A stretch of 18,814 nt of DNA, from NCBI GenBank assembly GCA_019057475.1, contig DXJO01000051.1, positions 1 to 18,814 on the forward strand, in the 5' to 3' direction. The notes below the pieces were generated by a model. The model did no database searches. It was given only the letters and a program-made list of their open reading frames with translations, and was not told the origin of the DNA. Below are positions 7,515 to 15,655 of the stretch, in pieces. How positions within the stretch are numbered: position 1 is the first letter of the stretch; each line of letters opens with the position of its first letter. The position numbers were made by a program, and so were the translations under genes. Source of the stretch: Candidatus Thorarchaeota archaeon. Lineage in GTDB: Archaea > Asgardarchaeota > Thorarchaeia > Thorarchaeales > Thorarchaeaceae.

Positions 7515-8573
7515 ATGAGGTTGGGCAGATCAGGTTTCCTTCTCGTGTTCCTTCTAATACTATTCGTTTCTGCGGGGATCTTTGTACCTGCCTATACATA
7601 CATGATAACACGAGCTGATGCTTCGCAGATTCAGCTACCGGGGCAACCTGTGAATGAAACTGCGTTCAGCATTCTGGTCAGTCCGGAACCGGACAGTGCC
7701 ATCTTTAGGGGGAACTGGTCAACGGAGAGCCTCAGACCGTATGTGCTGAGCTACACCCCAATGGCGACTAACTTGATTAGTCAGGAAGAAGCAGTGAACA
7801 TTTCGGGGGAATTTATCCCTGCTCACTATTGGGAGTTCTTGGAATACATGCATTGGGCAGAATTGAATCCAAATCTACCTGAATGGACTATTCGATTCAC
7901 GAGTCACGTTGACGACACGGGCGGCTACGACGGACTTGTGGTACTGACCTCCGTTAATGCTTTCACTGGTCGCGTTATTCGCTATCATGTGCACTGGGAT
8001 GAGAAAGTTGATCCTGAGCTTCTTGCGCCTCCAATTGAACCAGATGGAAATCCAGGAAATCGTTCGATAATAGAAACCAGACTAGTCCAGTTTCTTGATG
8101 CCTACGGGTATTCTCTTTCTGAGGAGATGAGATTGATTGAGACCCACGCTTGGCCCAATGAAACCCATGCTGCCTCGTATAGCTTCAAGATTGCGATGCC
8201 GGTAGGCCTTGTGCTGCCTGATGAAGCAATCCAAGGGGTTGAGGCTCGGGTGGATGCTATTACAGGAGAAGTCTTGGACTTCAGCTACTTGTGTGTGGAG
8301 ATTCCTGAGTTGTCAATCGGTGGAGTCATCAATCCAGATGTTGCTTACGACTACATGATAGCAGGCGCGAGTCCTTGGTCTTCTATAGGTAAAGCAGAGT
8401 ATATTGGAGCATTTCTTCGTCTGAGGCTGATTGAGAGCACCCACTATGCCATTAGACTCCAACTCGTATGGACATTACAGCTTAAGGGAACTGACGAGGG
8501 ATGGCTGTGGGAAGTGCATAGAGATGCGTTTGATGGAGGCAGGCCGATTCCGAACCCGCACATTGTTTTTTGA
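7515..8573 (+). CDS. Secreted/anchored protein with PepSY-like repeats
   Basis: N-terminal hydrophobic helix and three PepSY-like termini: VNAFTGRVI, VDAITGEVL and LVW...RDAFDG. Confidence 0.75.
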   Translation: MRLGRSGFLLVFLLILFVSAGIFVPAYTYMITRADASQIQLPGQPVNETAFSILVSPEPDSAIFRGNWSTESLRPYVLSYTPMATNLISQEEAVNISGEFIPAHYWEFLEYMHWAELNPNLPEWTIRFTSHVDDTGGYDGLVVLTSVNAFTGRVIRYHVHWDEKVDPELLAPPIEPDGNPGNRSIIETRLVQFLDAYGYSLSEEMRLIETHAWPNETHAASYSFKIAMPVGLVLPDEAIQGVEARVDAITGEVLDFSYLCVEIPELSIGGVINPDVAYDYMIAGASPWSSIGKAEYIGAFLRLRLIESTHYAIRLQLVWTLQLKGTDEGWLWEVHRDAFDGGRPIPNPHIVF

Positions 8574-8643
8574 CATAAACCATTGAAACAGAAACAGCTG
8601 TCATTGCACCTCGTAACTTGGCATGGGCAAAATGAAACAATAG

Positions 8644-9078
8644 CGAGCCAGCTCCTACTGGTTCATTACTGCCGCGGACTTGTCAGGAGCGTGTTTGAAT
8701 GCGTTATTCATGCTGAAAGTAATGCTCGAGCCTCTGGGGATCACACACTGGGTCCTTGCTCCAGACTACGCTCTCCTCCTCTTTATGCCCCTTGTGATTC
8801 TACTGTATGGAATATGCATGTTCGTTTTCTCCAGATCATAGGTCTAGGAATCCGATACGTCGTCTGCTTCAACCCAGGGAGTGGATATCTCGGACGAAGG
8901 TCGAGAGGGCCGTCAAACGGGGAATTATGAGAGCCGATAATCCGGTTACTCGAAAGTTGACTTTCAAGGAAATAGGATATCTTACCTGGTTTCTAGTCCT
9001 GCGAATGGTATGGCAACTTACGGAAATATCTACGGAAAACGTTGGGGCCATGGACACAGGCTTGAAACAAGAAAGGTC
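8644..9078 (+). pseudogene. Degraded membrane-protein gene
   Basis: Frame 8644-8841 encodes hydrophobic LNALFMLKVMLEPLGITHWVLAPDYALLLFMPLVILLYGICMFVFSRS*. A shifted frame continues RNPIRRLLQPREWISRTKVERAVKRG...GYLTWFLVLRMVW up to the thiI junction. Confidence 0.4.
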
Positions 9079-9525
9079 GGGGGTCTTGATTCTCCTATTG
9101 CAGCCTATAAGATGATGAAGAGGGGATGCATCCCAGTCTTTCTTCATTTCGATAATGTTCCATATGGGGATGAATCAACTCGAAACCTGGCAATCAGGCA
9201 AGCAAAGAAACTCGTTGAATACATTCACGGTTATGAAATCAAGATGTGTATTGTACCACATGGTGATGATTTGACTGAAGTGCTTAGACATGCACCGCGA
9301 AAAATGACATGTATCTTCTGCAGAAGGAATATGTACAGATTAGCTGAGGAAGTGGCCCTTCTAGAAAATGCTGATGCGATTGTGACCGGTGAGATCATTG
9401 GAGAACAAGCCTCTCAGACAACTCGGAATCTTCTTGCAGAGGAAAGTGCGATATGTGAGATTCCCATCATCAGACCCTGCATAGGAGATGACAAGGTTGA
9501 GATAGAGAAGATGGCTATGAAGATC
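9079..9525 (+). pseudogene. thiI: Internal fragment of tRNA 4-thiouridine(8) synthase ThiI (PP-loop domain only)
   Basis: GGLDSPIAAYKMMKRG..VFLHF, TCIFCRRNMYRLAE, AIVTGEIIGEQASQT and PIIRPCIGDDKVEIEKMAMKI are ThiI motifs. The THUMP domain, the first Ser of SGGxDS and the C-terminus from GTY onward are absent. Confidence 0.9.
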
Positions 9526-10860
9526 TCATTCATTACTAGACACTCCAATGTTACCTGATGAGTCAGATGCCATCACAGTAATGGCATAGATGTCACTGGC
9601 ATTGAATACTACTCTTCCATAAGTATTATTCGACCAGAACGTTGGATTCACTATCCTATCAAAGTCAAAGGACCCAATGTCAGTAACGATTGTCATGTTG
9701 ACATCACAGACTGTTCCATGAAAGTCTGATACCTCGAACAGAACTAATACTCCTTCTGTTGTGTATGTGATGTGGATTCCTGAAATTACTGGGCCGGTGG
9801 TGTCTACGACCCTCTGAGTGGTGATCTCTATGATCTGACCTCTTGGTGTTGAGTTCAACAGTAGGTATTTACCACTGGAGTTCTCGACAATCTTGTGTGG
9901 TATTATTCTCCCATCATCAAGGACTGCCAGATTATCCCAATCTCTTGGAATCTCCACTCTGTATGTCACTGGAACGGGATAACGTGAGATGTTAAGTTCA
10001 GGTGCTACGGTCTTGAATTTTATATTCTCAGAGTAGGTATGATAGTCCTCTATGACCGTGTGATCTCTCACAACTTGATATGCTATAGCCTCACCCCATG
10101 TAGTGAGCCACAGATTGTCATGTTCAGCAATCTTTGACAGTTCTTTCTCGAACTGCTCTCTCTCTCGTGCATTGAACCATCCACTGTGCCCATAGCACTT
10201 GTACGCTCGGTGGCCCTCATTATTCAACATCTCCTCGAATGAGATCGTTAACCGGTCAACTACATCACCAGTGATTCCATTACATGTTGGAGCCGAGTGT
10301 AGGCAGCAGCTGCGACTAGTGATGGGCCATGCTCCACGATTTGTTTTTTCAGAACCAATACCCCGCCCTACATCAAAGTAGTTGGGAATGATTGAGTCTG
10401 ATTCACTACTATGCGAACCAAATGGATATGCGAATACTATGGGTGTATAACCATACAGCCTCTCTATGTCATTGATGCTCTGGCCCAACAGCAATTCAAT
10501 GCGGCTGCTGTTTAGCCTTGCGAAGTGCAGGTGTTCAGATGAATGTGATTGAATATCATGTCCTCTGAACAACATGTCCAACCCCCAGAACACGCTATCA
10601 TTGAGCCGACCTGTGACTGCGAATGATGTATGCCTGAAGCCGAACTCATCTTCAATGAAAGAGAATCTGAGATCATCCATCTCATCGTCCCAACCCAGCA
10701 TGAAGGCATGCTGATGATCGTCACGGAAGACGGTCACTACAGGTGGCAAGATTGATGATTCGACCCAATGATGGTCACAGATTATTGCTAGATTGCTGCT
10801 CAGTCCAATGAATAGACTGATGGTGAGGATCAATACCTGATAGAGCCACTTACGTTTCAT
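9526..10860 (-). CDS. Secreted polysaccharide deacetylase (CE4/NodB family) with C-terminal beta-sandwich domains
   Basis: Signal peptide; CE4-type motifs LGWDD, GHDIQSHSSEH, FAYPFG, YGH and LWLTT; C-terminal DTTGPVI...ASDSSGN Ig-like module. Confidence 0.85.
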   Translation of the reverse strand: MKRKWLYQVLILTISLFIGLSSNLAIICDHHWVESSILPPVVTVFRDDHQHAFMLGWDDEMDDLRFSFIEDEFGFRHTSFAVTGRLNDSVFWGLDMLFRGHDIQSHSSEHLHFARLNSSRIELLLGQSINDIERLYGYTPIVFAYPFGSHSSESDSIIPNYFDVGRGIGSEKTNRGAWPITSRSCCLHSAPTCNGITGDVVDRLTISFEEMLNNEGHRAYKCYGHSGWFNAREREQFEKELSKIAEHDNLWLTTWGEAIAYQVVRDHTVIEDYHTYSENIKFKTVAPELNISRYPVPVTYRVEIPRDWDNLAVLDDGRIIPHKIVENSSGKYLLLNSTPRGQIIEITTQRVVDTTGPVISGIHITYTTEGVLVLFEVSDFHGTVCDVNMTIVTDIGSFDFDRIVNPTFWSNNTYGRVVFNASDIYAITVMASDSSGNIGVSSNE

Positions 10861-10883
10861 TCAAGTAATATTTCTCCCATCGC

Positions 10884-10913
10884 TTATAAATTATCTAACA
10901 CATAATTTGTGTT
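10884..10913 (-). promoter_or_regulatory. TATA box with adjacent palindrome upstream of the deacetylase
   Basis: Minus-strand TTTATAA (10884-10890) about 24 nt before ATG 10860, consistent with a leaderless transcript; AACACA-N5-TGTGTT at 10897-10913. Confidence 0.55.
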
Positions 10914-10915
10914 GA

Positions 10916-11048
10916 CCATATTATCTTCCATGTGCGAATTTCTATCGTACCCCCAACTACGGTGTCTATAACGATCCAGACAGGGACCGTATCTACCGGA
11001 TTTTCCATCCGTTTGAGAAAAGGGATGACAAGATTGTGTGGGGCGAGA
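10916..11048 (+). pseudogene. Short orphan coding fragment abutting alkA
   Basis: Start-less open frame PYYLPCANFYRTPNYGVYNDPDRDRIYRIFHPFEKRDDKIVWGE looks protein-like and is in a different frame from alkA. Confidence 0.3.
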
Positions 11049-11585
11049 ATGGAACTAGAGCCTACGATGGCCCCGCCATTCGAGATGCTCATAAGATCAA
11101 TTGTCTACCAGCAGTTGTCAGGAAAAGCGGCACGAACAATCCACGACCGAATGCTCGAGCTCATTGGCAACCTGACACCAAAGTCCGTTCTCGCGAAGAC
11201 ACAAGAAGAGCTCCGAAGCGTGGGTCTTTCAAGGCAGAAGGCGTCCTACCTCCGCAACATAGCTGAAGCGTTCGACAAGAATGGATTCCTTGAGAAGTAC
11301 AAGAAAACAGAATCACTTGACGGATTATCATCGGATGAGATCGTCAAGCTCTTTGTTGACATCAAGGGCGTAGGCGAGTGGACCGTGCAGATGTACCTGA
11401 TATTCGCGCTCGGGCGACTCGATGTGCTGGCTCCAAATGACCTTGGTGTACGCAAGGGGGTCATGAAGCTCTACGAGATGGAGGAGATGCCAACCCCGAA
11501 ACAGGTCAAAAATCTAGCTGAGAAGTGGCATCCCTTGGAGACCGTTGGCACAGTTCTTGCTTGCCTTATGACCTTAATAGAATAA
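11049..11585 (+). CDS. alkA: DNA-3-methyladenine glycosylase (AlkA/HhH-GPD family), probably 5'-truncated
   Basis: PFEMLIRSIVYQQLSGKAARTI, LRSVGLSRQKASY, HhH IKGVGEWTVQMYLIF..GRLDV...DLGV with the catalytic Asp, and WHP. The usual N-terminal helices are missing, and the terminal consensus Trp is Cys (TGC 11562-11564). Confidence 0.85.
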   Translation: MELEPTMAPPFEMLIRSIVYQQLSGKAARTIHDRMLELIGNLTPKSVLAKTQEELRSVGLSRQKASYLRNIAEAFDKNGFLEKYKKTESLDGLSSDEIVKLFVDIKGVGEWTVQMYLIFALGRLDVLAPNDLGVRKGVMKLYEMEEMPTPKQVKNLAEKWHPLETVGTVLACLMTLIE

Positions 11586-11616
11586 TGGATGCCAACGCGC
11601 AACGGTTCTTGTGTGG

Positions 11617-11859
11617 CTACTCACTCTCTTGGTATTCACTCTCGTTTCTGGCCTCTATCAACTGCCGCTGGTGCACACGAATCATTCGAATTGAGAACAG
11701 AAGTCCCGCACCACCCGCTACAACGCCGATGAGCCAGAGATCACTTGCCCAGGGATGTGAGAAGAGATTCGTGAGTATGTATACATTCAGCGAGAAGAAG
11801 AAGATGGCAAATGTGATTAGAAGCGCTGAGAACGACCATGGCATCTTCACTTGACTCAT
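11617..11859 (-). CDS. Small 2-TM membrane protein (80 aa)
   Basis: From ATG 11859 (MSQVKMPWSFSALL...): two TM helices and a charged tail; TATAATT about 30 nt upstream on the minus strand. Confidence 0.7.
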   Translation of the reverse strand: MSQVKMPWSFSALLITFAIFFFSLNVYILTNLFSHPWASDLWLIGVVAGGAGLLFSIRMIRVHQRQLIEARNESEYQESE

Positions 11860-11939
11860 GAGGCTCACAGCCCATTCTCTGAAGAGCGAATTATAGACCT
11901 TGTCCAAGGCTGCGCAGAGTGAGGTATGAAGACGTAGGT

Positions 11940-12833
11940 CTACTGGGTCTCAGAGGTATCGTTGAGAAATTCATCAGTATTTAGTGAACTGATCAGGATA
12001 CCCTCTGATGTCACCTTCAAGACCACACGCCGACCTATGTTTGCCAATCTACGAACGGTCTCCGGAATCACCATACGTCCTTTCGCATCAATCTCGGTTA
12101 TGTCACCGTACAGAGTGTGACGCTGACCCTCGATGAGACCATCTCTGATGTGAAGGATCCTGTCGGCGTAGGATGACACTCTTGGGTTATGGGTCACGTT
12201 TACGATGGTCGTGTCGAACTCACGGTTGCTAATCCTTAGTGCGTTCATGACCATCTCGGTGGTTTCGGTGTCAAGCTCGCCGGTTACCTCGTCAGCTAGG
12301 AGAAGCTCAGGCTTATTGGCCAGAGCCACGCATATTGCGACTCTTTGATTCTCGCCACCGGACATTTGATGGGGCTTGTGATTCATCCTATGCTGCATCT
12401 CGAAGGTTGTGAGAAGCATCTTGGCTCTCTCGTCTGAGGCTCCTTTGGGTGCTCCTGCCAACCTCATGGGCAGCTTGACATTCTTCAATGCGTTCAGGCC
12501 TGGCACCAAGTTCCCTGTCTGCCAGACAAATCCGACCTTCTGTCTGCGATACATCATAGACCGCTTGTCGTCGAGAAGCGTGAGGCTATGTCCGTCGAAG
12601 AGTATCTGTCCTGCGGTAGGCTTGTCAAGGGCACCTATCATCTTCAGGAGCGTGGACTTGCCGGATCCGCTTGGTCCTATAATGGACAGGAATTCCCCTC
12701 TCTTGACTTCAAAGTCCATACCGCGAAGAGCAATGATTTCTTTCATCCCTCGCTTGTAAACCTTCATCAGGTCTCGCACAACGACTTTATTCTCCATCGC
12801 GATTTTTTCTAGGTCTTCTGTCATGATTCTCAC
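11940..12833 (-). CDS. ABC ATPase of the LolD/MacB/FtsE type with a C-terminal AbrB/MraZ/SpoVT-like domain
   Basis: Walker A GPSGSGKST, signature MSGGENQR, Walker B LLLADE, H-loop VTH, and tail ITEIDAKGRMVIPETVRRLANIGRRVVLKVTSEGILI. Start overlaps the upstream stop (GTGA). Confidence 0.95.
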   Translation of the reverse strand: MRIMTEDLEKIAMENKVVVRDLMKVYKRGMKEIIALRGMDFEVKRGEFLSIIGPSGSGKSTLLKMIGALDKPTAGQILFDGHSLTLLDDKRSMMYRRQKVGFVWQTGNLVPGLNALKNVKLPMRLAGAPKGASDERAKMLLTTFEMQHRMNHKPHQMSGGENQRVAICVALANKPELLLADEVTGELDTETTEMVMNALRISNREFDTTIVNVTHNPRVSSYADRILHIRDGLIEGQRHTLYGDITEIDAKGRMVIPETVRRLANIGRRVVLKVTSEGILISSLNTDEFLNDTSETQ

Positions 12834-15655
12834 TCCACATATTGAATTTCTTCTGCGATGTTACGACTAAGATTCCTACGTGCAACTACGTAGGTCGTGA
12901 CCAGCGCAAAAAGGAAACTGGCACCCAGGATTGCTGTTAGCAGCAACCAGGGAACTCCCAAGATTACTGGTAATCGAGACCAACTGAGTGTCGAAGCCAT
13001 GCCGATATAGGCCAAGGGCATGTTGATCACAAGTGCAGTAAGGGCTAAGCCAATTCCTGCGCCGATTCCCGCACCGATAAGGACTCCAAATGTTGTATCG
13101 GCAAGAACAGCCAATGCAAGATTGCTTGATTGTTCGCCCAATGCTCTCAAGACTGAAAGCTGTTTTCTCATCTTTCTCACCCGCACAGCTGCAACTATAG
13201 TCATACCTGCTGTGAGGTATATGAGAGTGAAGAGCACGTTTAGTGTGTAGACACCGTATAGCGACTGTGCTGCCTTGGAATCTAGTGCTTCATCAATATC
13301 ATCCAGTGGTGTTTTCACGCTTGCGAAGCTATTGGGTGATATCGCGTGCAGGTCCGAAATCGCTTTCGTGTAGTTGTAACCGTCTTGAAGTTTAACAAAG
13401 AATTTCGTCACATGAGTTGTGTTAAGGCAGCTGTGAGCGTAATCCAAATCGATTATGATGAAATTCTGAGCCCTAGGGTCCCCTGGGAGATAGGTTGTAG
13501 CTCCTTGGTCGCTAGAAGCCATTACATCAACGATTGTGCAATCAGTCACATTATTCCACGCTGGACCCCTGATACTGAGCGTAATCTGGTCCGAGAAGAC
13601 TGGCACTGGCATCCCAAAAAGGCCGGTTAGATAGTGGTTGATGGGCTTAAAGGATGTAACAACATTGGTGTTTTCCACTGATAGCAATGGGATTGACACT
13701 TGAGGTGTGTTGTATAACGTGAAGTATGGCAACATGAATGCAGACTGTACCCATTCTTCCGGCTGCACTGCGATTACGTTGATGGATTCGTTAGCATATT
13801 CTCTGGATCCCCAACGACTCGTATAGTAGTATGCGGCGTATGCATTGAACTCAAGAGCAGCGCTTGAGTGTTCCACCCCTTCGATACTGGAGATGTTCTC
13901 CAGCATATCCAGAGTCACATTCTCAAGACCTGTCTTGACATCGATGACAACGTCTGCCCCGTCCTGAAACATGTAGAGGTCCGTCATGTGATTGTAGCCG
14001 GTAGTGGCGGAAATTGAGGCAAAGATGCCCGCTGCGAACACCATCGCAATGAACATGGTTCCCATCGCTTCGCTCTTCTTGAAGAGTCTAACAGTTCTTG
14101 CCATTATACGGACTCCCACTGTCAGTCGCGATTTCTCCATCTTTTCCAGGAATCCTGCCTTGATTCTTGATGTTGGACGTGACATCAAACGTGCCAGAGC
14201 TATCGTGAAGATTCCAAGAAGCGGTGCTGCGATCATCATGTATGCCATGTAAGATCCTATGTAGAATCCCCCAAAGGACACCATGATGAGGAGTGGCATC
14301 AGAACATAACCTGACAACGCTAATGCGAGTAATTCAATTACGGGATTACCCAACTCTTCAGCTTCAGCAAGGACCTCCCGCTCAATAACACTGTGCGCTT
14401 CAGTCGGCGTCATCAGAAGAGCTCTGACGGCTGCAGGTAATGCAACTATCAGCCCGACAATGAATGAGAACATGAAGACAATAACCACAGCTGTAGGCTG
14501 CAGCAGAATGGTTATGTCCGCAAGCTGGGTCAAGTCAAAGACCATGAGTATTCGTACAGTGCTAGAAAGAAGTGCAGCAAGAGCTCCCGTGAGGACCGCT
14601 CCTAAACTGCCAACAATGCCTGTGATAATCGCGCTGCTAAGAACCCACGTGAACGCTTGCCACCCTGATGCTCCTCTTGTCTTGAGCATCCCTATGTCTT
14701 TTCTCCGTTCATCAGCCAAAAGGTTGGAGTTATACTGAATGAGCATTATGCCCATCACAATGCTTGGGATGGAAAACGCGAGAGCGATAGCCCTCATTGA
14801 AGTGCTCCACATGGCATACTCATAAACTCCCTCGAGTAGTCCAAATCGTCCCACCATCACATAGGGAAGAGCCCTATTCTCAATTGTCTTTCTCAGGTTA
14901 TTCAGGTTTTCAAGAGCTTGTGTGGGGTCTGAAGCAATCACAGCGGTGTGATCCAGAACAACCCAGATTTTCTCTTCAACGGCGTTCCATCCAGAATATC
15001 CGCGACTTCCGAAGACATCATCAATACCTTGGCGAGTTGTGATTACACGCAGAGTTGTGTCCTCTGGTTGGTTCCAGATGATCTGTTCGAAGAATATATG
15101 GGACACGAACGTACTGGCTATTCGTAGACTATGGTTGGTCCAAATCTCAGTGCCATTGTCATCCCAGACCCAGTGTGATATTGTGTAGTTGTCACCGATT
15201 TCAAGCTCCCTGTCGATTAATGTTGTATGTTCCACGTAGCATGTATCATCTGTGAGGACAGGAGCTCCTTCATCCAACTCAATGGCTTGACTGAATGTTG
15301 TGAAGAATGACTGGTTGACGCCGAGGTATGTGTTCCTCCAGTATCTCTCGTTTTCATATATCATCCAAGAGTAATCGTTCACGACAGCAATGGTTTCTTG
15401 CTCAAGCACAGCTTCCTGTTCTGACACCATTTGTTCTATCTCTTCCATGCTGATGTCATTTTGCGCATAGAATGGATTGGTGAAGTGAATCTCCATGTCA
15501 ACCTCTACGTCGCTAGTTATGTCTGCGAAAACATACGGTCCTGCGGCGTCCATGTAGAAGAGAATCCCACCTAGGACTCCTGCAGAAAGGGAAAATACCA
15601 GCAGCGTTGTGAGTAGCTGAGGACCTCTGGATGCTAGGCGTGACAGTAGGAACAT
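12830..15655 (-). CDS. FtsX/MacB-like ABC permease (two FtsX repeats, 941 aa)
   Basis: ERRKDIGMLKTRGAS and KMRKQLSVLRALG FtsX motifs, GADV, two large extracellular loops. True start is ATG 15655, overlapping the upstream TAA (TAATG). Confidence 0.92.
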   Translation of the reverse strand: MFLLSRLASRGPQLLTTLLVFSLSAGVLGGILFYMDAAGPYVFADITSDVEVDMEIHFTNPFYAQNDISMEEIEQMVSEQEAVLEQETIAVVNDYSWMIYENERYWRNTYLGVNQSFFTTFSQAIELDEGAPVLTDDTCYVEHTTLIDRELEIGDNYTISHWVWDDNGTEIWTNHSLRIASTFVSHIFFEQIIWNQPEDTTLRVITTRQGIDDVFGSRGYSGWNAVEEKIWVVLDHTAVIASDPTQALENLNNLRKTIENRALPYVMVGRFGLLEGVYEYAMWSTSMRAIALAFSIPSIVMGIMLIQYNSNLLADERRKDIGMLKTRGASGWQAFTWVLSSAIITGIVGSLGAVLTGALAALLSSTVRILMVFDLTQLADITILLQPTAVVIVFMFSFIVGLIVALPAAVRALLMTPTEAHSVIEREVLAEAEELGNPVIELLALALSGYVLMPLLIMVSFGGFYIGSYMAYMMIAAPLLGIFTIALARLMSRPTSRIKAGFLEKMEKSRLTVGVRIMARTVRLFKKSEAMGTMFIAMVFAAGIFASISATTGYNHMTDLYMFQDGADVVIDVKTGLENVTLDMLENISSIEGVEHSSAALEFNAYAAYYYTSRWGSREYANESINVIAVQPEEWVQSAFMLPYFTLYNTPQVSIPLLSVENTNVVTSFKPINHYLTGLFGMPVPVFSDQITLSIRGPAWNNVTDCTIVDVMASSDQGATTYLPGDPRAQNFIIIDLDYAHSCLNTTHVTKFFVKLQDGYNYTKAISDLHAISPNSFASVKTPLDDIDEALDSKAAQSLYGVYTLNVLFTLIYLTAGMTIVAAVRVRKMRKQLSVLRALGEQSSNLALAVLADTTFGVLIGAGIGAGIGLALTALVINMPLAYIGMASTLSWSRLPVILGVPWLLLTAILGASFLFALVTTYVVARRNLSRNIAEEIQYVE

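Noticed and set aside
9010-9558. Full-length functional ThiI as called by the ORF track
   Set aside because: The first 23 and last 10 residues are unrelated read-through sequence, and the THUMP domain and C-terminus are absent.
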